Shown: positions 41,993 to 56,648, counted from the stretch's first letter. The stretch: 64,000 nt of DNA from Schmidtea nova (GCA_044892505.1 CM097883.1:18786001-18850000); one strand, 5' to 3'. Translations and numbers: made by a program. The notes: generated from the sequence alone by a model not told the origin.

Positions 41993-43440
41993 TGATTTTC
42001 TGCAAATAATTTATTAACGTTGCCAGTCTCATTTATAGTAGATTGATCCACGCGCGTTGGTGATCTAGTTGGTATAAATCGTGTGGATTTCTACTTCCCG
42101 GCCGATTAACTACACTTTGATCTGCGAGATATACCGGGTGGGGTGCTATTATTACCACTACTCTTCATAAGATGCAGATTTAATTAACCTTTGTTTTTCA
42201 GTCGTTTTATTTCTACGTCATGGTCGATAAACTATTATTTGTAACATCACTTGTTTATATATTTCATTTCTATTTTCATCATACACTCAACATTCTGATA
42301 TCATCAGCCCCGTCGGCAACTAAAAATGATCAAGCTCTTGGGGGGGGTTGGATTTCGGTTCTCATAACGTATTTAATCCCTGAAAAAATGTTCGTACTCT
42401 AACGGCTCATTCACTGTAGGTCCGTCTCTTGGTGTGACTGCCCTATCTACCCTGATACTCGATATCAGGTTGTATGTAGGTTATCGGCTATCCTTTTGAC
42501 ATTTCAATTCACTACATGCTATGTATACCCCTTGACTTGGATTCTCTGTGGTCGGTAATATACCTTCTAGATTATCTCTACCTCGTCTGAATTATGGTCG
42601 ATCCGATGTTTCTTGATATCCCACGTGCACCCCTCCTTCCCGATCGATAAATAGTTATTACACCTAGGGTCTCGCCGCATCAGCACCTCATATGAAAATA
42701 TGTTGTGCCGAGAGGCCGAGAATCCCGTCAGATCGCGAGATCTTCGGGACAGACTTATTGATTTTAAATATTATTATGAGGGTTTACAAAATGAAAAACA
42801 ATAACGATTGACATACCTTTATTTCGTTCCAACTAGGTTTCACAAAGTTACAGTTAGCAAGTCGTGACTGAAAGTTCACACTCGGTAAAAATGATTGATT
42901 TTATACTGATTTGACTTCAGTATTTATACTAAACCGGTGTTGTTGGTCGGCCAATAAGCATCGAGTAGGTGTGTATTCATCGCTACTCATTTTGGTTTGT
43001 CTGTTTCTCTGTGTAATTTAATTCAATGATTTGTTTGTTCACTCATGCGGTAATTTTTCTTTTGTTATTATTTTATTTTATTTTAGCTTTTCGGTGATGT
43101 CCGCCCACATGCTGTCATTTTCAGATTTTATCTGATTCGCATGGGTGAGTTTTTATTGTTATGGCTGTTTGATTTATGTTTTATTACTTTTTAGATCATG
43201 CCGCCTATTTGCTACCTTCTTGGTAATGGTAATTTATTTTGTTATGGTTTTTTATATATTTATTGCATTGATTTGTATTATTTTTCAGATGATGCCTGAT
43301 TTGCCTGGCCCAACACATCCTACTACTCCTTAACATTAGGAGTTTAAGGTAGAATATATAATAATTATTTGTTGATATTGTAAAGGAGGCAGTAATAATA
43401 AAATGAAAGATAATGGGGCAAATGAAGTAAAATGAAAGTA

Positions 43441-43620
43441 AAGCGTAAGTCCTTCTATCGGCAGCGATGAACCCGTGAACATAAATGGGGAGTGGTTCTA
43501 GAAATAGAGCTCACCTGCCAATCATTGTTCAAACACTTTGCACATTTCCAACTCGACTATCCAGGGAAATAGTTGAGGGTGCTTGTGTGTCTCGTAAGCA
43601 TTTCATGTTTAGTCGTGGAT
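43441..43620 (+). mobile_element. LTR fragment similar to 3991-4170
   Basis: AAGCGTAAGTCCTTCTA...GCTCACCTGCC...AGGGAAATA is shared with the 4-kb copy. Confidence 0.7.
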
Positions 43621-44473
43621 GGAGGCATCCCTAGAATGTTTTCCGTTTAATNNNNNNNNNNNNNNNNNNNNNNNNNNNNNNNNNNNNNNNNNNNNNNNNN
43701 NNNNNNNNNNNNNNNNNNNNNNNNNNNNNNNNNNNNNNNNNNNNNNNNNNNNNNNNNNNNNNNNNNNNNNNNNNNNNNNNNNNNNNNNNNNNNNNNNNNN
43801 NNNNNNNNNNNNNNCCGGATCATTATTATAAATCTTTAATAAATTATTCGGCTAAAAAGAAAAATTAAAATTTTTTATATTTTATTTATCTAATATATAT
43901 AATATTCGAACCGAATTCAAAAGTTGTCGCCAAATATTTGATATTAAAATCATAATTGAGTAAAGGGAAGGAAAGCAGGAAGAAGTGATAAGTCAATTGG
44001 AAAGAATTTCGTATTGAAGTGATCAGGATCTTTTTAACATGTCGAAATATTTCTATGAATAAATATTGCGGAAAAGGTTTATCAAATTTATAAATTATAT
44101 TTTTAAATTATCCCACTAAGACAAAAGCTAATTTTCAAGTTTATCAAAATAATTATTATTATCATTATTAAAATTAAATTAATTATAATAATTATGCGGA
44201 TTATTATCAATTTTTATTAAAACTACTCCGCTAAAACAAAAATTAAAATTTTATATAATTTTATTTATCTAATATATAAAATATTCGAAACGAATTCAAA
44301 TGTCGTCACCGAAATAGGTTAAGAAATTAAAAAGAAATTTATAAATTCTAAAATATTTTTATAGAAAATTTTTTTTATTAAAATCAGAATTAAGCGAGAA
44401 AAAGGAAATCAGAAAGAAATGATAAGTCAATTGGAAAGAATTTCGTATTGGAGTGATCAGTATGTTTTTACAG

Positions 44474-44477
<4 letters not shown>

Positions 44478-44525
<48 letters not shown>
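44478..44525. repeat. (TA)n microsatellite
   Basis: Uninterrupted TA run. Confidence 0.95.
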
Positions 44526-44527
<2 letters not shown>

Positions 44528-47500
44528 CATTGAATAAATATTGCGGAGAAATGCTTACTAATTTTTATTATATTATAATGATCATTATTATTTTTTAAGT
44601 TTTATTTGTAAATTTTTTTACTAAAATTTTAGAATAAGATAAAGAAAAGAGTATCAAAAATAAAAATAAAAACAAATCTTGTTATTAAATTAATTTATAA
44701 TTCAATCATTAAATAATAAAGTATTTAGGCATTTTTTATAAAAACTCCAAATTATATCAGAACCAAATCTATAATTTTAAAATTAAAATAATTACATGAA
44801 TTATTATTATTATAACATAAATGATTATTTTAAATATTTTTTATGATGTTTCAGTGTAAACATTTTTCCGTAAAATTAATTGTTTCATAATACAAATAAG
44901 AATTTTTAAAAATTATCAAATTTGCTTTTGACTGTAAATTTTTTCTGAAAATTTATTTCAGCTTTGTTTGAAATAAAAGAAGCATTTTTCATTCCAACAT
45001 TATTAATATAAAATAAAAGTAATCATTAAATGATAAAATAGAACGATAAATTATAAAAATTTCATTTCAATGTTTTTTCAGTTATCTTTAATTGATTTTT
45101 TGGCTTTAGATTTACCATAAATATGAGTGAAAAATTTATTAAATTGAGGCAGTTATTTAAATAATTTAAATAATCAATTAAATAAAACAAACATATCAAA
45201 ACGTACTTTAAGCTATTTGTGCTAATCATGATCCAAAGACTTACTAACAAATTGAATTCATATCTCTTAGTTTGCTTCAATCTTCTGAAATGTTTGAAAG
45301 AAATAATTATCCTGACTTCTAAAGTGAAATTATTTTTTAAATTACATGTATCATTTGTCAAAAAATTACTTCTTAATTAACAAACGCTAAATGTGAATGT
45401 AAATGAGCAACAAAATTCATTTACGGTCATCAAAACGAGTTCATGCTCGAATTACGAATGCATGCAGCGTTTGAATGTGTATGTTTGTTAAATATTGCAC
45501 ACAAACAAATTGTAACGAATTCTGATTGGTAGCTGGTCATCATTGGTGCCGACTGTCATTGCCAGATGAGTTGCAACTCGTCATTGTCTGCTGTTACTGA
45601 CAAATCAATGCGGTGATGAGTTTGAAGAATTTGTGTGCATTGAAATTTGCAATATGTTATGACTATTCATTTATATGACAGTCAATTGGGGCACCAACAT
45701 AATATATCAGGATGCCAAATGATAATTTAACATGTAAATTACATATTTTTATAATATTTTATCGCTTGTCCAATTTATTTTTCAATATTACGTTGCTCAG
45801 ATCGCTAGAAATAACTTTACTATTTTTAAAGAAAACTTAAAATAAATCTTGGATTAAAGATTTTTTTCTCCATTTTAATTCGCAGAAAACTCGTTTGGTT
45901 AAGGAATTTTTTATATTTATATATTATTTGAATAATTTATCGCGACGAAATTTTGTGATTTTACAAAATTACTAGATATAAACCCTGATACATGGCAGGC
46001 TTTTTAAATTTATAAAGTATTTTATAAGAAAAAAAAGTTTTCGTTCAATATAATCTGTTGAATTAATGAACTGCTTTACACTCCAGTTTTCAGACTTTAC
46101 AATAGCAATTTCAAAAACTGGGTTGCGAGAAAATNNNNNNNNNNNNNNNNNNNNNNNNNNNNNNNNNNNNNNNNNNNNNNNNNNNNNNNNNNNNNNNNNN
46201 NNNNNNNNNNNNNNNNNNNNNNNNNNNNNNNNNNNNNNNNNNNNNNNNNNNNNNNNNNNNNNNNNNNNNNNNNNNNNNNNNNNNNAAGTATAAATTTCAG
46301 TCAATGTACACATTTACTGGTAAAAGTATAAATATAATAAATATTATTATTATAAAATTTATTATTATTGTTATTTTATTATTATTATTTATATTATATT
46401 ATTATTATAATTATTTATATTATTAATATTATTATTATTTTTTATTAAATTTATTATTATTATTAAATTATTATATTTATACTTTTACTGTGATATACAC
46501 ATATAAATAAACTTTTATAATTTAACATAAAATTTTTTAACCTGTTAGGCAGAAATTTTGTACATTTTTCTAATGCGGCTTATACTCGTCCGTGGCGTTT
46601 ACAATGTTTTTTACAAGAATCACAAACGAAAAAATTATAAAAATAAATTCCAAAATAAAATCCAGCATGGAGGGTCTGGAGTGAGTCACCTAATTGGAGT
46701 GAGTCACCTAATTGGAGTGTCACCTACAACCTTTGACCTATAATAATATTTTTCATGATTCTTCAGTTATCTCTGACAGTTGTTGAGTTATATAATTCTT
46801 TTTTTTGCTTTTCCGCTTTTTCCTTCACACTCTTGATATCTCTGACAAGTTGACAAGATATAAATTTTTCTTCTTGTTTTGGTTTTTTAATTTTGGAATT
46901 CCTTTTTTTTCCCTTTGCACTTTTAATTATCAATAACCTTGTCTTGCTTTAATATTTCGATTTCTTTTAATTTATTAATACTTTCTCATTTTTCAATTTC
47001 AGTTTTTTCTTCTCTTTTTCTCAGTTCTAGAACATTGTCTCGTTTGCTCGTCAGTTCCCCAATCAAATTCTTTTTATTTATTTATGATATTGATTAATTT
47101 TATTATTTAGGTATCCTCAACAAATTATTAAATTTATATCGTAAATAATAATAAAAAAACGTTAAGCCTTCTTCGCAATGTTTATTTAATAAAATATTTC
47201 GATCTTAAAAAGATCCTGATCACACCAATACGAAATTCTTTCAAATTGACTTCCCACTTCTTTCTGGATATTTTCTCTCTCCCGAATTCTGATTTAATAT
47301 AAATTATTGAAACAAATTAAGATTAATTCTCAAGATAATTTAAATCAAAATTAGAACTTTTAAAAATTTATTTGACAAATTAAAATTTTATTTATTAATT
47401 GCGGTTCTCCTAAGAAACTCTTGGTATTTTAAAATTGAAAATTCAGTTATCAGCAGGGAATACAGGTAAATAAAAATGTAATTTTCAGTTGTCAGACGAC

Positions 47501-49521
47501 GGGGCTGAGTGCTTAATTAAATGGATACATTTTTTTCAAATCTATGTTGGGTTATTGCGTTGTTGGTTGATCATAAAATTAGTAATTAATTACCTGACTC
47601 CAAGTGTGCTTTATTCGACACACAAAATAGCAACATTCAGACAATATACACCTTTATAGTCTATCACAATAGGCAATGCAGAATACAATGACACGATCAA
47701 TTCAATATCTTCAATATCAATATCAAAACATAAGCACTATAAAGTGCTTATTACGAAACTTCGTGAAGAATAGCGCTAGGACATAACACCTAAAATTTAA
47801 CTGTCTCTCACTGCTGACTTGTTCAACAATTGTGTCAAATCGATCTGGTTGTTCTCTTGCTTTGTCTTGACTAAATTACTCTATAGGCTTTGACTTCTTT
47901 CTTATTCGAAAAATTTGTTTTTGGCTACGTTTAATTTAATCTCAAACTATTCTTTGATTTCACGTTTTCCAATAACTCTATTTTGACTCAATAAATTTCT
48001 TTATCAGTTTCTTCTACACCAATTCAATTTCTCCAATCTCTATAACTTTTTAATTTCTCTAATCTAAGTTCTAATTTATCTCTTATGATTTCTTCCTTTT
48101 GTTGGGATTGATATTAAAATACAAAAAGTAGTAAAAGCAAAAAATATCCAAATAAATAAAAATGCAAATATTAATTAAAAATTTTCAAACAAAATTAAAA
48201 TTGATATTCATCGGGAGGAATGGGTATGGTTGAACGCCNNNNNNNNNNNNNNNNNNNNNNNNNNNNNNNNNNNNNNNNNNNNNNNNNNNNNNNNNNNNNN
48301 NNNNNNNNNNNNNNNNNNNNNNNNNNNNNNNNNNNNNNNNNNNNNNNNNNNNNNNNNNNNNNNNNNNNNNNNNNNNNNNNNNNNNNNNNNNNNNNNNNGA
48401 AAGTTATATCGTAAAAACAGATTAATTAAAATTAATTAATCGCTCAGTGGGAAGCTCGAGACAATGTGAAACCCGAGACAGGGGAAAACCCGAGCGATGA
48501 AGAAAACCCGAGCGCATTAAAGGCCCGAGAGATCAAAGGTGGGTGATTGCGCAAAGCAATTAAGGAAAAATGCACCCGGGCGCGAATGGGAGAGCAACAA
48601 TATAATTTGTTGATAGGCTAATTAGGCCAGAGATTTGTAAATTTTCTGTTGGTTTAGATTTAGATAATCACCGTTCGATAAATGTATAAAGGGTAGCCGA
48701 AAATAAAAAGGTGACCAATGGTCGAAAGAGAAATTTTGAAATAGTGTCGCTGAATTTGAAATCTTACAAAACTTAAATTAGTAGTGCCACTAGTTTAAAT
48801 CGAAAGCAGTTGAAAAGAATATTATTGAAAAAATATATTTGCGGAGCCTAAAAAGATTATAAAGGGAGGTGAGAAAAGATTTATATAAAACCTATTCAAA
48901 TAAAACGTACCAGAAAAGGCCAATACCCTTGGGCTATACGCTTTAACAAATTCAATCGGGAACGTGAGAAAGTGCAAATTTTAGAGAGTGTAAATTGTAC
49001 TTATTAAAACAAGTTTATTACAAAGACGAATTGTATTCAATATAATATTCTGTGTTGGGTTTATTGATTTTCGATTAATTAAAATGACACGAGGAGTTAG
49101 ATGTTTGAACCGATTTTAAACAGCAAAATTAACCCAACACTTTTATAGTTGTCATTCTCTGGTACTTGAAATTATTTTTGTTTTCCCAGTTCTTTACTTC
49201 ACCATACTTCATACTTTCTTAATGGCTCTTGCATTATTTCTGACAGCTGTCGCGATGTGTCATTCTTTCCTTTTTGTTGTTTGTATTTTCTTTTGCACTC
49301 TTGTTATTTCCGAAAAGTTGTTGATTTTCCTTATGTTTTTTTTTTAATTTTGGAATTTCTTTTTCCCTGCTGTACTTGTTAATTAGCACTGGCCTTCTTT
49401 TACTTTATTGTTTGATTTCTTTAATTTTGTTACTATCTACTCATTTCCTAATTTGTTGCTTTCATTCCTCCTTCTCCGAATTCCAAAACATGTCACGGTT
49501 TACTCTATCAATTCCCCCAAT

Positions 49522-52400
49522 CATGGGCGTCCGCAAGGGGAGGCACTTGCCCCTGGATTTCCCAAACCATTCTATAATTCAATCAATTTAAATAAAATCA
49601 ATTTAAATCAAAACTTAATTATAATTTTGTTTCTCGCCTTCTTAGAAATGGATATACGAAAGTATTTGAAAAGGCAACAAAGTACAGGCACAAAGACAGA
49701 ATTAGATTTACCTGTTTGTAAGAAAAGCAAAATTGAAGACAATTCAAGTGGAATTGAGGAAAACTTGCAAGATCAATCTCCAACAAAGACAAATATTTGC
49801 CCAGATACAAATGAAACAAGACTCTCCTCACAAGAAAATGACATCGGTGAATACATTCATTTGTCAACTAACATTAACAATGATCTCAAATTCAATCTCT
49901 CGACAGTCGAGACCAAAACACTAACAGAAAGCTATGATTTTAAAAAAGATTCAAAAGGAAAGCGTTGTTTCCGCTTTGCTTGGTTAAGTCAGTACTTATC
50001 TTGGCTGAGTTATTCAGTTCTTTTAAAAGGAGCAGTTTGCAAATATTGCATACTTTTTCCCAGCCAGTAAATCGTGGTTTTCAAGGTACATTCATCACAA
50101 GGCGTTTTACAAAATGCAAAGATTTACATGAAAGTGCCAAAAGTCATCAATCAAGTGCATGGGATAAAAATGCACTGGTTTGTACTGCAAACCTCTTACA
50201 ATTAAGGGAAAAGCCAGAATTGAACATTGTTTGTATAATGAACAGTGCCCTAAAGCGCCAAGTAGAAGAAAATAAAAAAAATTGGATCCGATATTATCAA
50301 CTATTTTGTTCTGTGGAGCAACTGACATAGCATTTAGAGGGAAAACAAGTGCAAGTGCAAATGTGCAAAGACTCACAATTTCAGGATTGAAGCTGGTAAT
50401 GAAGTACTTAAAAATCATTTAGAAAATTCATCAGCCAATGCAAGATACACATCTGTGCGCATGGAACATGAGCTAATCAAATTGACTGGCGAAGCTATAA
50501 GAGAAGAAATTGTTTCAATAGCTAATAATTCTATTGGATTTTCAATCATTGGAGATGAGAGTGCTGACATATCTGGAAAAGAACAAATTTCCATAGGAGT
50601 TCGTTTTGTGAATTCTAGCAGCTCGGAAACTGTTATTCATGAAGAATTCCTTGGATTTGCGAAGCTGGATCATTTTGATGCTACATCCATAGCTGGTAAA
50701 ATCATTAATCAGTGCACAAAATTTGGATTAAACCTTGACAAATTGTATGGCCAAGGCTATGATGGCTGCTCTACGATGGCTGGCAAAGAAGGTGGCGTTC
50801 AGGCAAAAATTAAGAGCAAATACCCTAAAGCTGTTTTTGTGCATTGTGCATCACATCGACTTAAACTTGTGATCAATGATCTCAATGCTGTACCAGATGT
50901 TAGAAATACAATTGAAACCATTAAGAGCATTATTAGATTTTTTCGAGAAAGCTCAAAGAGAAGAAGTCTTTGTGAAACACGTTGGTCTGCAAAATACAAA
51001 AGCATCAGACTTTTTGCTGCAAGTTTTGAAGACATTTTTGATCAGCTGAGTTGACTAGTCATTGAAGCAAATGGTCAAACACGACAGGATGCCCACAAGT
51101 TACAGTGTGCTTCAAGTACAACAAGTTTTCTAATTTGTCTTCAAATCATCTCTTACTACTCCTTAAAATTAGAGTGAGTAGCACAAGCTCTACAATCAAC
51201 ACAATTAGACATTCTGAAAGTCTTCGACCACGTCCAAGAGCTCCTAAAAATTTTCCACACTCACAGACAAAATGCTGAAGAGTTTTTTTAAGACCATTAT
51301 TTCTCAAGTTGAGAAATTGGCAGAACAATTAAACATCCAGTTGACAATTCCCAGAAAATGTAAGAGGCAAACAAGCCGTTCAAATAATGGTGGTTCAACT
51401 GTTGAAGAATACCTTCGACGATCTGTCTTTATACCATACTCATCGTTGGAGAGCAGATTCAATGAAGAAAACAAAATCAATTTCAGTCTATTTTCACTTC
51501 ACCCAGTGGAAATGTTAAAACTTTCAATAGATGAATTCAAAATTCACACAGAAAACATAATAATGGAGTATCAAATTGAAAACTTTGATGCTGAGGCAAG
51601 CACCTGGTTTGAGATGTGGTCAATTAAAAAGTCGGATTTTGAAATCAAAAGTCGCGATGGAATGATGGAATTATTACAATTCACTGACCTTTTTCCAGCT
51701 ATTCAGAAAGCAGTTCTTATTGCTTTAACATTGCCAGTATCAACTTGTACTGTTGAAAGATCATTTGGCACACTGAGAAGAGTCAAAACATGGCCTGGTC
51801 AACAATGTCTGAAGATAGACTTTCTGGACTTTGATTGATGAATGTTCATCGTGACAGAATCAATGACAGTAAAAAAGGAACCCATAAAAACAAGTTTTTA
51901 ATGTAACTCTTTCTTTTTCTCATGTTCTCGGTTAATTTTATTGTTGTTTCATTGTTTGGTAGTTTCTTGGCAACAGTAAATTAAAAAATCACATTGTTTC
52001 AAAATTTTTCAAAATTTTTCAAATTTTCAATGGAATAATTTGTGGGCCACCACGAGTCTGCTCGCAAATTTTCAGATCGATTGGATATCGGGAACTGGGT
52101 TAAAAATCGATCCAAAGTTTGACAAGAAAACAAACAGAAATTGGAAGTTAATAGAAAGAGTTAAAAAAAAGCGAAAAATAATGGACAAAGTGATCAATAA
52201 ATTTGGTCAAGATCTCAGACGTTTGCAGTTTCTTTTCGAAACGTAATATTAATAAATAAGTCTATTTGATTTTGTTTTATAATTAAATAAATATTTATTA
52301 TACACATGCATTTTTTTCAACTCTCCCCCCTAGAAAAATTGTCTACTTGGTAAAAAAAATATTTTTGCCCCCCCTGAAAAAATTCCTGCGGACGCCCATG
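49522..52400 (+). mobile_element. hAT-superfamily DNA transposon, 2879 bp
   Basis: 14-bp TIR CATGGGCGTCCGCA at both ends; 8-bp TSD CCCCCAAT (49514-49521, 52401-52408). Confidence 0.95.
49648..51838 (+). pseudogene. hAT transposase (ZMYM1/THAP12-like type) broken by frameshifts and stops
   Basis: DESADISGKEQISIGVRFV, GQGYDG, VHCASHRL, CETRWS and PVSTCTVERSFGTLRRVK are spread over several frames. Confidence 0.9.
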
Positions 52401-52894
52401 CCCCCAATAATATTTATTTATATTATTTAATTTTATTAATTAGGTATCCTCAAAAATCTATTATCGTTTCATGCGAAATTTTTCGGTTGCTATTTCTGGC
52501 CCTATCAGATGATGTAGTGTAAAATATAATAATTATAATAAATTAATAGATAATAAACTGTGATTGGTTTAATCATTAATGTCAAATTTAATATAAATTA
52601 ATTAAGAAAAGCAAAATGTGTGTTTAATCATATAGTATATATTTTAGATCTTATTTAAGTCAATTCATTGGGAACATGCGTTTGTATTTGAACATAAATA
52701 AATAATTTTCTTCTTTTTTTATAAATTTCACATTTCCAAGCAAATCCTACTATCAGCTAATCTATTAATTCACAAGTGACCGAAATATTATTATGTCTGT
52801 AAATGCTGATCGCTGATTGGTTGCTGGAAACACCAATTGAAATTCAGTTCGTTAATATCATCATTTCTATTCTTCTTTCTATCAACCGAACCGA

Positions 52895-54061
52895 ATGTCT
52901 GCCACAGTGCAATTTAATCTTGGATCTAATCACAACACAAGCGATGAATCTAACGACAATCCGCCGGTTCGTCCAGTAAAACACAACAAAGCACATTTGA
53001 AACGAAGTTTCTCTCTCGTTCCAGAACGGTTGGACACGAAAGCGAAAAACAATGTCTGCAATGAACAGCTGCTTACCGGTTGTGAAATTATTTTGGAAGT
53101 GGTTTCCATCATTTTAGTTGTGATTCTCTTTCCTTTCTCTTTGATTTTCTCTCTGAAAGTCATTACTCAATATCAGCGAGCGGTTGTCTTTCGATTAGGA
53201 AAACTAATTAGTCGGGGTCCATTGGGTCCGGGATTGATATTCATTCTACCATGTTTGGATTCAATGAAGCGAATCGATTTGAGAACATTGACTTTTGATG
53301 TTCCAACCCAAGAAGTCTTAACGAGAGATTCTGTCACTGTTGCGGTTGATGCTGTGGTTTATTATCGAATCTTTGATCCAGTTATGTCTGTAGTGAACGT
53401 AGAGGATGCCAATCGTTCAACGAGACTTTTAGCTCAGACTACTCTTCGGAATGTTCTTGGAACAGTTGATCTTTATTCTCTATTAACAGACAGAGAAGAT
53501 ATAGCAGCGAGTATGCAAGAAACTCTCGACATGGCAACCGATGCATGGGGAATGAAAGTCGAACGAGTCGAAGTGAAAGACGTCCGATTGCCGATGCAAC
53601 TTCAGCGAGCAATGGCTGCAGAAGCCGAAGCGACAAGAGAAGCAAAAGCGAAAGTCATTGCAGCCGAAGGAGAACAGAAATCCTCGAAAGCTTTACGATT
53701 AGCCGCAGAGGAGTTGTACAAGTGCCCGATTTCTCTTCAACTTCGTTACCTTCAAACACTCAATAGTATTTCAGCTGAGAAAAATTCAACAATCATATTC
53801 CCGTTGCCCATTGACATTTTGACTCATTTTCAAGACCAGAACAATGTTCAAAATTCATTTATACCGCCAAACTCGCCGGCCAATAGCGTCCACTCGTCAA
53901 AGACGTATAATCCGCCAACAGTTCGAGTGCAATTGGCACAGAAATCAAGCCATTTTCAAACGAATCGAAAAGGTTACCATTTGAATCATTTTTCTACTTC
54001 TCCATCTTCATCGACAATTTCCGGTGGACATGACTATACCAGTTCCGATTGCACTGTTTGA
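52895..54061 (+). CDS. STOM: Stomatin/MEC-2-like SPFH (band 7) membrane protein, single exon
   Basis: Hydrophobic hairpin, then YQRAVVFRLGKL, GPGLIFILPC, VPTQEVLTRDSVTVAVDAVVYYRI, LLAQTTLRNVLG, QRAMAAEAEA, LQLRYLQTL. An inverted CCAAT box lies at about 52815. Confidence 0.93.
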   Translation: MSATVQFNLGSNHNTSDESNDNPPVRPVKHNKAHLKRSFSLVPERLDTKAKNNVCNEQLLTGCEIILEVVSIILVVILFPFSLIFSLKVITQYQRAVVFRLGKLISRGPLGPGLIFILPCLDSMKRIDLRTLTFDVPTQEVLTRDSVTVAVDAVVYYRIFDPVMSVVNVEDANRSTRLLAQTTLRNVLGTVDLYSLLTDREDIAASMQETLDMATDAWGMKVERVEVKDVRLPMQLQRAMAAEAEATREAKAKVIAAEGEQKSSKALRLAAEELYKCPISLQLRYLQTLNSISAEKNSTIIFPLPIDILTHFQDQNNVQNSFIPPNSPANSVHSSKTYNPPTVRVQLAQKSSHFQTNRKGYHLNHFSTSPSSSTISGGHDYTSSDCTV

Positions 54062-54951
54062 TGGGGTCATTTTTGTATATCTCACTCCCAGCAACTTCCA
54101 ATAATGTAATTTATTTTATTAAAATTTGTTGAGTCCTTTTAGTTAGTTTTTCATTTAATATTTATTTTGCTTTATTCAGATTTATTATTTTTTGTTGTTG
54201 AGAAGTTCATTGGGTATTTACTCAATCCCTTGGTGTTCTTATGAATTATTCACAAAAATAACTCAACACAGAAAAATTTATTTGAAATTATTATTAACAC
54301 AAATCTTTGATACAATTTCTGACAACAACAAGTCTCGGAAATAAAAATTCACAATAACTTTTAAAAAGCTTTTTCGATTGAGAGTGGGGATAAGTTTCCA
54401 AATGGGAGATCTTCCGTTCTGGTACGCTGTGAAGAATAAATTCAACTTCTTATTAGTTTAACTTTTCTTTTTTGACTCGCTTAACTTTGTCTTCTGTTTA
54501 AAAAATTTTTCCTCAACTTTTGGTCTTCGACTGCTCTGGCAAATTCTGGAATTTTCGTCTCGTTTATTCACCGTACAACAATGAATAACAGTTCGAATAA
54601 TATAAAATGAAATTATTCTATAGAAATTTCAAACACTCACCTGTGTGTTATCGGTGTGCTGACAATGAGTAATACCTTTTATTATGTAGACAAAAAAGGT
54701 AGAAAAAAATTGTAAACTACAAAAGGCATTATATAGTAAAAACTGCATACAAACTTTTAATGGGTGCAAATTAAATCAATCAATAGCGCCCAATAATAAA
54801 TTTCACATACACAAAAAAAGTTGGTATCTCATTCAATTTAATTATTTTTTATCGAATTTTAAAAAGAAATCAATTTTAAAAGCAAAATCTTTGAAAAAAA
54901 ATTATTTTTCAAAAGGGCATATTGTAAGATTTATTTTTCATTTAAAAATCA

Positions 54952-56648
54952 AATGCAATTGTAACACTATCTAATGAAATATTAACACTATCTAATACAA
55001 TATTAACACTATCTAATGAAATATTAACACTATCTAATGAAATATTAACACTATCTAATACAGTATTAACACTATCTAATGAAATATTAACACTATCTAA
55101 TACAATATTAACACTATCTAATGAAATATTAACACTATCTAATACAATATTAACACTATCTAATACAATATTAACACTATCTAATGCAATATTAACACTA
55201 TCTAATGCAATATTAACACTATCTAATGCAATATTAACACTATCTAATACAATATTAACACTATCTAATGCAATATTAACACTACCTAATGCAATATTAA
55301 CACTATCCAATGCAATATTACCACTATCTAATGCAATATTAACACTATCTAATGCAATAATAACACTATCTAATGCAATAATAACACTATCTAATGCAAT
55401 ATTAACACTATCTAATGCAATAATAACACTATCTAATGCAATAATAACACTATCTAATGCAATATTAACACTATCTAATGCAGTATTAACACTATCTAAT
55501 GCAATAATAACACTATCTAATGCAATATTAACACTATCTAATGCAGTATTAACACTATCTAATGCAATATTAACACTATCTAATGCAATAATAACACTAT
55601 CTAATGCAATATTAACACTATCTAATGCAATAATAACACTATCTAATGCAATATTAACACTATCTAATGCAATAATAACACTATCTAATGCAATATTAAC
55701 ACTATCTAATGCAATATTAACACTATCTAATGCAATAATAACACTACCTAATTCAATATTAACACTATCTAATTCAATATTAACACTGTCTAATGCAATA
55801 TTAACACTATCTAATGCAATATTAACACTATCTAATGCAATAATAACACTATCTAATGCAATATTAACACTATCTAATGCAATAATAACACTATCTAATG
55901 CAATATTAACACTATCTAATGCAATATTAACACTATCTAATGCAATAATAACACTACCTAATTCAATATTAACACTATCTAATTCAATATTAACACTGTC
56001 TAATGCAATATTAACACTATCTAATGCAATATTAACACAATCTAATGCAATATTAACACAATCTAATGCAATATTAACACTATCTAATGCAATATTAACA
56101 CTATCTAATGCAATAATAACACTATCTAATGCAATTATAACACTATCTAATGCAATGATAACACTATCTAATGCAATATTAACACTATCTAATGCAATAT
56201 TAACACAATCTAATGCAATATTAACACTATCTAATGCAATATTAACACTATCTAATGCAATAATAACACTATCTAATGCAATAATAACACTATCTAATGC
56301 AATATTAACACTATCTAATGTAATAATAACACTATCTAATGCAATATTAACACTATCTAATGCAATATTAACACTATCTAATGCAATATTAACACAATCT
56401 AATGCAATATTAACACAATCTAATGCAATATTAACACTATCTAATGCAATATTAACACTATCTAATGCAATAATAACACTATCTAATGCAATTATAACAC
56501 TATCTAATGCAATAATAACACTATCTAATGCAATATTAACACTATCTAATGTAATATTAACACTATCTAATGCAATAATAACACTATCTAATGCAATATT
56601 AACACTATCTAATGTAATAATAACACTATCTAATGCAATATTAACACA
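54952..56648. repeat. 21-bp minisatellite AATGCAATATTAACACTATCT, about 80 copies
   Basis: Continuous array with minor variants. Confidence 0.97.

Larger units (their letters stand above)
40192..43315 (-). mobile_element. Complete unpaired LTR (3124 bp) of a sister family
   Basis: The minus strand runs TGTTGGGCCAGGCAAATC...CCAACGCACCAGCA with the same layout (promoter, AATAAAG|GTATGT, hairpins, ORF-A, ORF-B). The flanks CTAT and CATC do not form a TSD. Confidence 0.9.

Noticed and set aside
40188-43319. Target-site duplication around the unpaired LTR
   Set aside because: The flanks CTAT and CATC do not match; no PBS follows it, and the purine-rich run before it is only weakly PPT-like.
46676-46725. 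Short 18-bp tandem GAGTGAGTCACCTAATTG with AP-1/homeobox-like cores
   Set aside because: Only about 2.5 copies and no linked gene; insufficient evidence of function.
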